DNA of 42,504 nucleotides. It comes from Nanobdellati archaeon (lineage in GTDB: Archaea; Nanobdellota; Nanobdellia; Woesearchaeales; JAADFO01). The first letter of the stretch is position 1. Every line of letters starts with the position of its first letter. Made by a program: the position numbers and the translations under genes. Under the pieces are notes generated by a model. That model saw nothing but the letters and a program-made list of their open reading frames with translations, was not told the DNA's origin and made no database searches. Positions 27,820 through 36,706 of the stretch are shown piece by piece. The stretch is from contig JAADFO010000016.1 in the NCBI GenBank assembly GCA_013152815.1, positions 1-42,504 of the forward strand, in the 5' to 3' direction.

Positions 27820-28200
27820 TCAATTCTCATTGGAAAGAAGCAGCCATAGTTTGAAGAGCGCTATGAACATGAAGAGGGTGAGGACGCCAAGCATCATGAC
27901 AGCATGAAATGTCGGGTCATGGAGGAACTGGAAATTTATCTGCTGCAGGACAAGAAGGACAGAAGCTATGGCCAACGAGGCGTAGATGCCGTAGCTGAGC
28001 TGGTTCCTGATAAGATAGAAGCTCACCAGAGTGAAGGTCATGAAAAGGAAAAGGCCGAGGATCACGATGAGATAACTCAAGAAATCGCTCTCAGAGCGAT
28101 AGATGAAATAAAAGAACGCGAGGATGAAAAGGGACATGATGAGAGAGATGTGTGTGTTGGAAAGGTGGAATCTTGCCTGTGTCTGTATGCTGTTCATCAT
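27820..28200 (-). CDS. Small integral membrane protein (~4 TM)
   Basis: Four hydrophobic segments; ATGA overlap with the upstream gene. Confidence 0.75.
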   Translation of the reverse strand: MMNSIQTQARFHLSNTHISLIMSLFILAFFYFIYRSESDFLSYLIVILGLFLFMTFTLVSFYLIRNQLSYGIYASLAIASVLLVLQQINFQFLHDPTFHAVMMLGVLTLFMFIALFKLWLLLSNEN

Positions 28201-28466
28201 TCAAACTGACTCCGCAGCCGCTCCATGAACTTGAATAGCCTGCCGAAGCGTTTCTTGGTCCTCTCTTTCTGCGCCGTCTCCCTGAGTTCCTGCCTGCTCT
28301 CTTCATAGTAATGTTCTCTCGCCTTAATAAGTCTTTTCTTCAGCCAGGCTTCTGCTTCCTCTCGGGGCACTCCGTGTTCCTGCTTCTGGAGGAAGAGCGC
28401 TGTAAGCTCCTCTCTCGCTGATGCATAGGCCTCATCTATCTCCTGTTGCTTCGCAGGCTGGTCCAT
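28197..28466 (-). CDS. Small charged helical hypothetical protein
   Basis: 89-aa ORF coupled to the genes on both sides; GAGG upstream. Confidence 0.65.
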   Translation of the reverse strand: MDQPAKQQEIDEAYASAREELTALFLQKQEHGVPREEAEAWLKKRLIKAREHYYEESRQELRETAQKERTKKRFGRLFKFMERLRSQFE

Positions 28467-28472
28467 GGGTCC

Positions 28473-29741
28473 TCATTCACGATGTCTGTTGTGCCTTGTC
28501 CGGTATCTTTTCCGTTCTCTCCGTATCCTGAAGAGGAGGAAGATGATGATGAAGAAGATGAGCACATAGATGAAAAGAGGGAGGATGTTGATGATGGTGG
28601 AGGTGATGATGCGAGGAGTGGGGTTGACATTGACGATGGTGCCCTTCTCGAAGGTCAATTTCCGGTTGTAGAGGACCTTGCCCGACACTTCATAGACCCC
28701 TGGCTTGTGGGGGACGAAGAACGTCTGCAGGTCAAGGGTCTCCTGAGGTTCTACGCGCAGCTCGTCAGATTCCAGGAGCTCGACGATGGTATCCTCTTTC
28801 TTCACCGTCCCCTTAAATCTCGCTGAGACGAAGCGTTCGCCCAGGTTGGTGAAACGGGCAGTGACAGGGATGGTCTCATTGACCAGAGCCCAGGTCTTCG
28901 CCGACACACTGTCCAAGGAGCCCTTGTCGACGATATCCCCTTTCCTGGCGACGTCGAAGGTGAGGAGACCAGAATAGCCGCAGGGTTCGACCTTCACAAA
29001 ACCCCAATATTGGCCTGGTTCAAGGTCGGTCGGAAGCTCCCTGACCTGAGAAGCGGTGACCGTAGGAAGGATCTCGGGTCCGAGGAAGTCAAAGGTGGTC
29101 ACCAGCTTCTCCTGGAAGCGGTCCCAGACATCGAGGGTGACCTTCGGCCTGATACGGACATTGCCCAGATTGATGACCTTTGAGGAGAAGAGCAGGGGAT
29201 ATCCTGCTTCGACAACAGGGAGGGTGATGCCGCCGACGACGCATCGCTTGATCTCCCGGCCGGTGATGCCCAGGTTGAGGCGTATGATGACCGAGGCACG
29301 AAGTGATGTCCCGACAGCACCGGTCGCACTGCCCAGGGGTTGGGAGATAAAGCGCACATAGCTGAGATATTGATCGCTGGAGATATCAGGAGGTGGCCGG
29401 ACGATGACCTTGACGCGGAAAGGCTTCGAACGGGACACGTTGAAGCGTAGATCGGCCGGTTCGAAGGAGAGCCAGTCTGAATAGTTTCCGATGAGTTCCC
29501 CTTCCACTTTGAGGGGTGTCGGGGAATTGGTGCTGATAAGGACATGATGCTCAGCATAGCCGTCACGGAGCATGTTGTCGAAGGAGAGGACGCCCGGACT
29601 CGCGCCGAAGGATATGGCCTCTGCGAACAGAGGAACAAAGAGGAAGAAAAGCAGGAAGAAAAGCAGGGGGGAGCGCATGATGGAGAAAAGCTTCAGAGGA
29701 TGTTTCCCCATCTGTCCAGGATGGCTGTTGTCCATGACCAT
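28473..29741 (-). CDS. Three-Ig-domain, C-terminally TM-anchored protein; DUF916/DUF3324 (WxL-interacting) or PapD-like architecture
   Basis: Signal; GASPGVLSF...SFEPADLRFNV...FRVKVIVRPP....QY..YVRF...VGTSLRASVIIRL; VINLGNVRIRP; FTNLGE; TM followed by RIRRERKR. The family assignment is by eye. Confidence 0.75.
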   Translation of the reverse strand: MVMDNSHPGQMGKHPLKLFSIMRSPLLFFLLFFLFVPLFAEAISFGASPGVLSFDNMLRDGYAEHHVLISTNSPTPLKVEGELIGNYSDWLSFEPADLRFNVSRSKPFRVKVIVRPPPDISSDQYLSYVRFISQPLGSATGAVGTSLRASVIIRLNLGITGREIKRCVVGGITLPVVEAGYPLLFSSKVINLGNVRIRPKVTLDVWDRFQEKLVTTFDFLGPEILPTVTASQVRELPTDLEPGQYWGFVKVEPCGYSGLLTFDVARKGDIVDKGSLDSVSAKTWALVNETIPVTARFTNLGERFVSARFKGTVKKEDTIVELLESDELRVEPQETLDLQTFFVPHKPGVYEVSGKVLYNRKLTFEKGTIVNVNPTPRIITSTIINILPLFIYVLIFFIIIFLLFRIRRERKRYRTRHNRHRE

Positions 29742-29758
29742 GGTGATGCAAGACCGCC

Positions 29759-29800
29759 TTTATAAATCTTCACACACTGATTAACTGATTAATTAAGTAC
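29759..29800 (-). promoter_or_regulatory. TATA plus ACTGATTAA repeats upstream of the DUF916-like gene
   Basis: TTTATAAA at 29759-29766; ACTGATTAA twice (29776-29784, 29784-29792), followed by TTAAGTA. This is the same word seen before both wHTH genes. Confidence 0.55.
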
Positions 29801-29892
29801 ACAAATACATAACATGACGAACCACTATACTCATTTTATTGAATGATTCATTGAAACATTCTACGAGATACATTGGCTTTTTCGGGGTAGGC

Positions 29893-32800
29893 CTAGCCAT
29901 GGGATCCCGCCTTCTCGTCCTTGCCGAAGAGCTGTTTCCAGGAGAGCCGGTGATAGAACCGCATGGATGGCGCGAACATCTTCTTCTGGAATTCCTTCGG
30001 CAGTTTGCTGTAGATCTCCTTTATCTCACCATAGACCATGGCAGCAGAACGGGCATCTCCCTGATCGAGGAAACCGTAGCCCTTCTCGAAAAGCCGTCTC
30101 ACCGAAGAGATATTGACCGAACTGTGAAGCTGCAGGATGCGATCTTCATAGGAATGTCGTGTACCTGAAGAGAGGGTCCTGTAGATGACCTGTATCCTGA
30201 CATAGATGGCCCTGGCATGTTCAGGCCGTCCCTCCCTGAGCGCCTGGTACGCCTTCTTCAGTAATTGGTCCAGCTGTTCCTTCGCCTCCAGCTCTTCGGC
30301 AGGAAAAAGCCTGCGGGAGGAAGCAGAGCGGGTCGTGGCAGCAGCCTCGACAGCAGGGATCCTGGCTTCTGCCTTGTTCACGCTCTTGGTCTCACCAGGT
30401 GCTGCGGGCAGGACACCGCCAGAAGAGTCCGTACCAGACAAGGCACCGGATGGACCGGGAGACTTGCCGGTCAGGTCCTGAAGCTCGTCCAGCTCTTTGC
30501 GGAGCTCATCGTCGACATTCGGATGCGCCCCGGTCCTTGTCAGCCTTAGCCAGACATAATAGCTTACCAGGCCGAGGATGATCAGGACACCCAGGACCAC
30601 GAAGAAGATGGAAAGCGGACTGGTCCGGGTCTTGAGCACGCTCTTCCCGGTCACGCCGCCGAGGGAATCTTCGGCAGAGGCATGCGTTCCGCTCCTGCCG
30701 GCAGCATCAGTGCCGCCTGCCCTGTCGGCCCCGGGAGAAAGAGCCTCTTTGCCGGACAGGCCCATCCTGTCCATCACATCCTCAGACAGCAGGAGCGTGA
30801 CCGCCTTCTTGGCATCTTCAAAATCGGCGCTCTCGAAATGATAGGCCACATGGGAAGTGTAGCTGCCGAGCAAGACATAGGGCGTGTCGGCCGAGACAGC
30901 GTAGTCCTTGCCTTCCAGCTGGATGTGCGGCCCTGCCAGGGCGAGATCTGAAGGGAAGAGCTCTGCCATGAGCGACACGTCTTCGGGGCCTCCGATGTTC
31001 TTTTCCACGGTTATGAACTCCTTGGGGTCGCCATCAAGATAGGAGACCTGCAGCTCGGAGATGGTCTTGTTGACGGTGTAACTCCTAGCCTCCTGGGAGA
31101 TGAGCGTGAGGAACGCTGCCGACTGGTCAGCGGACAGGGAGAACCGGTGTTCGACAAAGGATCGTGCCGTCTCCATCATGGCCGTCGTCAGGATCTCCTG
31201 AAGCTCGCTCCGCTTGACCAGCTGCATGTCTTGGGGAGTCAAAAGACGGAGCTTCTTGAGTTCCAGCTCTTTCTTCGCGAGCTCGCTCCCTATGGATGCA
31301 GGGTCAACGAATTTGAGGGCGTCGAGAGAACCCCTCATCTCCCTGAGCGTCAGGAGCGAGGATTCCAGCGTCGAGAAGATATCCATCCTCTCGGCAGAGG
31401 ACTGAAGATCAGACGGCTTCTGATCAAAGGTATCCTGGGCAGCCTCAGTGTCGAGCAGGGTCTGATCGACAGACCGGATGAGTCCTTCGACCTTCGCAAG
31501 CCCTGATTTCGGAAGGGTGATTGTCCTGTTGACCTGTGGCACAAAGACCTTTGTCGATTCCTCTTCTGCACGGGGTGTCTTGATCTCTTTCTCGGGTGAG
31601 AGCACACCGAGATTTCCGGCCTGATCGACAGCTGCGACCCGATAATAGTAGGTCTTGCCATCGGTGATGAAGCGGTCCAGGAATTCCATCTGCTTGGTGT
31701 TCGTATAGAGGTCAGCATAGCTGACGTGCGGTTCAGTGGACCGATAGAGGTTGTAGTGGTCCACATCGTCATCCTGGCTGAACCAGAGAAGCCGCACCGT
31801 GCTATCGTTCTGGAGCGTGACCTTGAACCCGTCAGGCATCCCGGGAGATTCTCCGTCGACGATGAACAGCCTCCCGCTCTCGATCTGTGAGCCGACGATG
31901 CCCTGGGTGCTCGTAGCAGAGAACGAGAAGGAACCGATACGCCGGGCACTGTTATCAGGGAGGATGGCATAGCCGCTGAAGGAGGAACCGAACCCTTCGA
32001 GGCTGACCGTGTGTGAGTGGAGGGAGCATCATCAAAACGGTAGGACAGTGATGGTATCCCCTGGACCGCCTTGTTGGTGGTGAGGCTGATGTCGAGCAGG
32101 CCCGGTCTCAGGGGAGAGGCCGGCGTAATGGTTATGGATGCGATGGGAGGCGTCACCACGGTGAACTGTACGACGTCGGTGGCGAGGTTGCCTGCGGGAT
32201 CCTTGCAGGCCGCATAGAGCGTGTAGGAACCCTCCTGGAGGGACAGCCGGTCAGAGTGGCCCTTGTTCAGGTAACCGAAGGAATGCTCCATCTGGTCAAA
32301 GGCAGAATGGGTGAACGAATAGCGGCAGTCGGTCTCCTCGTCGGTGGTCACGTTGATGAGCACATCGGTGGTGGTCAACGTGCCAGAGGGAAGCAGGCTG
32401 ATGAAATGGGGCGGCCGGGTGTCCACCGTGAAGGACAGGACGTCTGAGGTCGGATTCTGGTTGCCTCCGGTGTCTTCACACCGCACATAGTAGAGATAGG
32501 ACCCATCGCCCAGGACCTGCGTATAAGAATGGGTCTTACTCTCGCCAACCATATCGAAGAGCATGAGATCATAGGGCACATCATAGGTATGGAAACGGCA
32601 GTGGGCAGCATCGGTGGTGTTCACGACAAGCAGCACCTCTGAAGAATCCACCTGATCCCGGGGAGCCATCGCCTCGATGAAGGGGAAGATGCCGTTGACC
32701 TTCAGGAGCGCCGTCGCATCGCCGATGCTCGATGCATGCATGGACGTGCCGTTCTCCACCCAGCTGTAGTTGAGGCTCAACAGATGGTCTCCTGCTTGGG

Positions 32801-33128
32801 ATCCGCTGCAGAGGATGTTCCATGGCGGCGTGGAAGAGATCAGCTGCCCAGGACCCAGCGAACCCAGGCCGAACCCGTTGGAACCCACGGAGAGCTGCTT
32901 GTCAGATACCAGAGAGACCGTGAGGTTGTTGATGGTGGTGTTGCCGTCGTTCCGGACATTGATGGCCAGGGAAAGGGCACTGTCCGGTCCCGGAGAGCAG
33001 ATGGTGGATGAGGAGAGATAGAGCATCTCTGTGGAGACGGCGCCTGAAGGCAAGGCCATCATCAGGACAAACAGCAGGGACGAGAGGAGGAAGAACGGTA
33101 CTGTGGCTGCTGAGGTCCTTCGTCTCAT
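29893..33128 (-). pseudogene. Frameshifted ~1,077-aa surface protein (CARDB-like, Ig repeats, FN3, coiled region, TM, cytoplasmic helical repeats)
   Basis: The 33128 ORF reads protein-like to ...SLSYRFDDAPSTH. Another frame continues TVSLEGFGSSFSGYAILPDNSARRIGSFSFSATSTQGIVGSQIESGRLFIVDGESPG straight into the MPDGFKVT of the 31839 ORF. The shift lies at (GT)n 32009-32015. FN3 motif YYYRVAAVDQAGN. Confidence 0.8.
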
Positions 33129-33268
33129 GATCTCCTCCTCAGCCGTTTCTCTATCGCTTTGACCAGATAGTCGTTCAGGGTGAGTCCTTTTATCGCAGCG
33201 ATGACCTTGACCTGCAGATGGATCTTCTGGTCGAGAGGGATGTTGATCCGCTTCCTGGCCGGCTTCAT
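33125..33268 (-). CDS. Ribbon-helix-helix protein 4 (47 aa, not in the ORF track)
   Basis: Manual translation MKPARKRINIPLDQKIHLQVKVIAAIKGLTLNDYLVKAIEKRLRRRS; ATGA overlaps at both ends. Confidence 0.8.
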   Translation of the reverse strand: MKPARKRINIPLDQKIHLQVKVIAAIKGLTLNDYLVKAIEKRLRRRS

Positions 33269-33447
33269 CCTATCAGCCTCCTGACCAGAGTCTTATCCTC
33301 TGCCACCTGCTCATCGACCAGTTCGGCCACCAGTTCCTGCAGGGTCTTCCCCTCCATGGCAGCGACGACCTTCAGCTGTCGGTGAAGGGGTTCATCGAGG
33401 AAGATGTTCACCCGACCGGTCTGTTGGACAGCAGGATGATCTCTCAT
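33265..33447 (-). CDS. Ribbon-helix-helix protein 3
   Basis: RVNIFLDEPLHRQLKVVAAMEGKTLQELVAELV is an RHH (ParG/CopG-like) pattern. Confidence 0.8.
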   Translation of the reverse strand: MRDHPAVQQTGRVNIFLDEPLHRQLKVVAAMEGKTLQELVAELVDEQVAEDKTLVRRLIG

Positions 33448-33596
33448 AGGATATCCTCCAACAGGCGGATGTCCTTGTCGAGCGTCCTTTTGAGGATCTC
33501 ATGATAGAATTCAGAAAGAGTGATACCTCTGAGGGCACAGATGATCTTCGCCTGCCTATGCAGCTCCTTGTCAAGCCGGATGTTGACGTTGGCCAA
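33444..33596 (-). CDS. Ribbon-helix-helix protein 2 (50 aa, TTG start, not in the ORF track)
   Basis: Manual translation MANVNIRLDKELHRQAKIICALRGITLSEFYHEILKRTLDKDIRLLEDIL; its stop overlaps the ATG of RHH3. Confidence 0.75.
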   Translation of the reverse strand: MANVNIRLDKELHRQAKIICALRGITLSEFYHEILKRTLDKDIRLLEDIL

Positions 33597-33744
33597 TTTT
33601 GTGTGTCGTCGCCTGTCTCTTGATATGGTCCTGAAGGGCGTCTCTGAGGTATTCCTGCAAGTTCAATCCTTTGACTGCGGCTATGGCCTTCGCTCTCGCA
33701 TGGTCATGAGGGTCAAGCCGCAGGTTGATACGTTGTCCAGCCAA
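33571..33744 (-). CDS. Ribbon-helix-helix protein 1
   Basis: QRINLRLDPHDHARAKAIAAVKGLNLQEYLRDAL. TTG 33744 is preferred as a leaderless start given the TATA at ~33772-33779; the track uses ATG 33762. Confidence 0.8.
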   Translation of the reverse strand: MAGQRINLRLDPHDHARAKAIAAVKGLNLQEYLRDALQDHIKRQATTHKIGQRQHPA

Positions 33745-33757
33745 GGTGATGATATTT

Positions 33758-33786
33758 ATCATATTTATGATTTATATATCTTTCTG
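33758..33786 (-). promoter_or_regulatory. BRE/TATA and palindromic operator of the RHH operon
   Basis: Minus strand GAAAGA-TATATAAA; ATCATA-TT-TATGAT palindrome at 33758-33771, between the TATA and the start. Confidence 0.55.
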
Positions 33787-33911
33787 TTATAAATCTTATA
33801 AGTGATTTATATCTTAAGTATGACTTTTATCATTTATGCAGTGAAAGAAAGCAGAAAAAAACTAAAAAGCTGAAGAAAGGGGAAGACAGGCAGAGGAGAA
33901 CAGAGACAGGC

Positions 33912-34220
33912 TCAACCGCAGACACAGCTGCAGAGATTGCATTCTCCCTGCGCCTTTTCGCTAAAAGAAGCACCTACGACGTTCATATTGTTCGATTCAC
34001 AGGTGCCGAAGCATTGGGTCTCACAGGCACCCTGGTCCATGATGGTATGCTGTATCCCCAGTCCAGAAGGACCCTGTCCGCAGTTGTCGACCAGCTCGTA
34101 GTCCTTGGTCTCATGGGTAAAGGCAGAAGGGTCGACATAGAGGATGAGAAACACCACGACCACGATGAGAAGGAGTATGAAGAGCTTATACTCCCAAAGG
34201 ATCTCAAGGAAGCGGTTCAT
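33912..34220 (-). CDS. Small membrane-anchored protein with an 8-Cys extracellular domain
   Basis: N-terminal TM; DNC...ACETQCFGTC...ECNLCSCVCG; TATA (TTTATATA) about 25 nt upstream. Confidence 0.75.
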   Translation of the reverse strand: MNRFLEILWEYKLFILLLIVVVVFLILYVDPSAFTHETKDYELVDNCGQGPSGLGIQHTIMDQGACETQCFGTCESNNMNVVGASFSEKAQGECNLCSCVCG

Positions 34221-34253
34221 GCAACATTGGCCGATGTTGAGCTATATAAAGGT

Positions 34254-35027
34254 TTAGGAATCTGAACGGCCTATCCTCTGGTATAGTGACACGGCATCGC
34301 CGACATCGAGCCGCGCAAATCCGTCGATCCGCTCCTGCCGCAGCATCCTGTTGAACATGGACATCCGTCCCTGCGGAGACAGGTGATCCCCTTCAAAATG
34401 CTCGGAGACAGAACGGCCCAGATGCTCGTAGAAAGCGTCCAGATATTGTTCATCATCATTGAAGATCAGGACATAGTTGGCAGCATAGTCATCAAGGATA
34501 TTCGAAGTCTCCACAGGATCGGTGGTCAGGAAGGCCTGGGCGATATTCCGCAGGTCCTCATCAGGGGAAAGATACGAAGGGGACCAATCACTGTGGGATA
34601 GCTCGCCTATATCGAACGATTCGAGCGATGGAGCGAAAGCGACGACATAGGAACGGGTATAGGCCATCACCATGCCTGCATGTGGCCACCAGGTGAGGAT
34701 GGTCGATTTGGGGGGAAGACGCCTTCCGATCAGGAGAAGATCCTGTTTGAACTGCTCATCGTAGGGGAATACATATTTGGCCTTGTCGATGGTGAGGACG
34801 ATCTCGGTCTTCCCTGTCTTCTCGCTCCGATAGATCTGCGGGCTGTACTTGGTGTTGAGGTCGGGGTCTTCGTAGGGAAGCATGTCCTTGCTCACCCCGT
34901 TTCCGATGCCCTCTTCAAGGATCCGGGCAAGATGCTTCTGTTTTTGCGGATCTTCCCGGGGAGTGCAGGCAGCAAGGAACAGCAGTGTGACCGAGAGGAT
35001 CACCAGAAAGAAAAGCACCGGTTTCAT
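34254..35027 (-). CDS. Lipoprotein resembling the soluble C-terminal core of oligosaccharyltransferase AglB/STT3
   Basis: LAAC lipobox; LPPKSTILTWWPHAGMV (WWDYG-like position) and IAQAFLTTDP...ILDDYAANYVLI; no multi-TM domain. Start at MKPVL, after a TATA at ~35050-35058. Confidence 0.7.
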   Translation of the reverse strand: MKPVLFFLVILSVTLLFLAACTPREDPQKQKHLARILEEGIGNGVSKDMLPYEDPDLNTKYSPQIYRSEKTGKTEIVLTIDKAKYVFPYDEQFKQDLLLIGRRLPPKSTILTWWPHAGMVMAYTRSYVVAFAPSLESFDIGELSHSDWSPSYLSPDEDLRNIAQAFLTTDPVETSNILDDYAANYVLIFNDDEQYLDAFYEHLGRSVSEHFEGDHLSPQGRMSMFNRMLRQERIDGFARLDVGDAVSLYQRIGRSDS

Positions 35028-35127
35028 AGGCAGAGAAGAACATGCAGGACTTTTATAGGTTATGCTCATGTCCTGCCCGGATCAGGACATCTGAAGAATG
35101 AAAACAAGAGAACAAAACAGGAGAACG

Positions 35128-36195
35128 TCAGCCCTTTTCATTGCCGTAAAAGACCTTTCGGACAGGCCAGCTGATCTCGATGCCTTCCTTGTCGAAGGCA
35201 GCCTTAAGGTTCTTGATGAGCTCGTGCTGGAGCCTGAACCTGTCGACATAGCTTTTGGCACGTATGATGATCTTGAAGTTGATGTTGGAATCCCCGAACT
35301 CGTAGAAACGTATCAGCGGGTCGAAATCCTTGTATGCTCCCTCGAAACTGTCCCGTGTCTTCACCGCCGCATCGTGGGATATCCTCTCGACCTTCTCAAG
35401 GTCGGAAGCATAGGATACCCCGCAATAGGTCAGGACAGAGAGGGGCCGGGTCGGCATGTTGTAATTGGTGATGACCGCATTGGCGAGTTTCGAGTTGGGC
35501 AGGATGATGTAATTGTTGCCGAGCTTACGGATGCGGGTGGAACGCCAGCCGATATGCTCCACATACCCTTCTTCCCCGCCGTCCATCTTGATGTAGTCGC
35601 CAATCTGGACCGGCCGGTCGGCGAGGATGTACATGCCTGAAAAGAAGTTGGAGAGGGTATCCTGAAGGGCCAGGGCGACAGCGAGGGAAGCCACGCCCAG
35701 CGAAGCGATGAGCGGAGAGATCTCGATGTTGAAATGGTCCAGGATCATGATGAAGAGGATGACATAGAGGACAATATTGATGACCTTCCTGAGCATGGGA
35801 AAGATACGGCCGTCCACCTCGCTTTTGGTCCGGTGTCCTATCTCATCTGCATACCAATCCAGCACCACATTGATGAGACGCCGAAGGACCCAGAGAGAAG
35901 CCAGGGCAAAGACGACCCAGAAGATGCCCCGTATCCAGGAGTCATAGCTATCAAGCACAGAGATGTTCAGGAGGCCGAAGAGAAGGCCAAGAAGCATCAC
36001 TAGGACCGAGATGGGGGTCTTTACAGCATTGATGATCATGTCATCAAGCTGGGTCTTGGTCTTGGCCGCGATCCTCGCGAATATGCGGTGGAATATCAGA
36101 TAGACAATCTTCCCCAGGAGAAGACCGGCCAGGATGAGGATTATGGCGAAGAAGATCTCATCATAGAGTACGTTGTCGACGAAGTAAAAGCGCAT
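35128..36195 (-). CDS. mscS: Small-conductance mechanosensitive channel (MscS family)
   Basis: LIASLGVASLAVALALQDTLSNFFSG..ILADRPVQIGDYI...GYVEHIGWRSTRIR...IILPNSKL. A TATA overlaps the track start at 36255, so 36195 is preferred. Confidence 0.93.
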   Translation of the reverse strand: MRFYFVDNVLYDEIFFAIILILAGLLLGKIVYLIFHRIFARIAAKTKTQLDDMIINAVKTPISVLVMLLGLLFGLLNISVLDSYDSWIRGIFWVVFALASLWVLRRLINVVLDWYADEIGHRTKSEVDGRIFPMLRKVINIVLYVILFIMILDHFNIEISPLIASLGVASLAVALALQDTLSNFFSGMYILADRPVQIGDYIKMDGGEEGYVEHIGWRSTRIRKLGNNYIILPNSKLANAVITNYNMPTRPLSVLTYCGVSYASDLEKVERISHDAAVKTRDSFEGAYKDFDPLIRFYEFGDSNINFKIIIRAKSYVDRFRLQHELIKNLKAAFDKEGIEISWPVRKVFYGNEKG

Positions 36196-36410
36196 GGTGA
36201 CCACGACAAGGACGGGCAAAGCATGGATGAATGAGATTTCAGACAACAGAGCCATTTAAATAGTTTTTCATCATATGAACAGCCGGACAGAGGAACAGAG
36301 CGAGGAAAAGACCGGGAGTCGGACGTCAGGGAGGAAAAAGAAGAAGAAACAGGGAGAAGGAGACATAAAGGTTTTAAACCCGGAAGGATTTTCCTTGAGG
36401 AGGTGGTCAT

Positions 36411-36638
36411 ATGCTAGCGTACGTCATGATATCGCTGAAGAACCCGAAAGAAGATGTCATCATGGACAAGCTCCTCGAACATGAGGAAGTGAAGGAAGCC
36501 CACATCGTCTTCGGAGAATGGGACCTGATGGCAAAGATCGAATCAGAGAACCCGGAAAGTCTCGCCACCTTTGTCATGGAGAACGTCCGAAATCTCTCAG
36601 AGGTCAAGCTCTCAAGCACACTCATCGTGGCCAAATAA
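36411..36638 (+). CDS. Stand-alone Lrp/AsnC ligand-binding (RAM) domain protein
   Basis: MLAYVMI...EVKEAHIVFGEWDLMAKIE...VRNLSEVKLSSTLIV; GAGGAGGTGG SD and TTTTAAA TATA upstream. Confidence 0.9.
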   Translation: MLAYVMISLKNPKEDVIMDKLLEHEEVKEAHIVFGEWDLMAKIESENPESLATFVMENVRNLSEVKLSSTLIVAK

Positions 36639-36706
36639 GTACCGTTACGACTACACATCTGCAGGAGCATCGAAATGGACAAAAACGACCTAACAGAGAC
36701 AAGAAC

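Noticed and set aside
31350..32008. C-terminal ~220 aa of the 592-aa ORF as genuine protein
   Set aside because: Ser/Arg/Pro-rich out-of-frame read-through past the frameshift; it overlaps the real frame.
33125..33762. Toxin-antitoxin or plasmid partition module
   Set aside because: No toxin (PIN, RelE, HicA) or ParA gene is adjacent; all four ORFs are RHH-like and lead into a surface gene.
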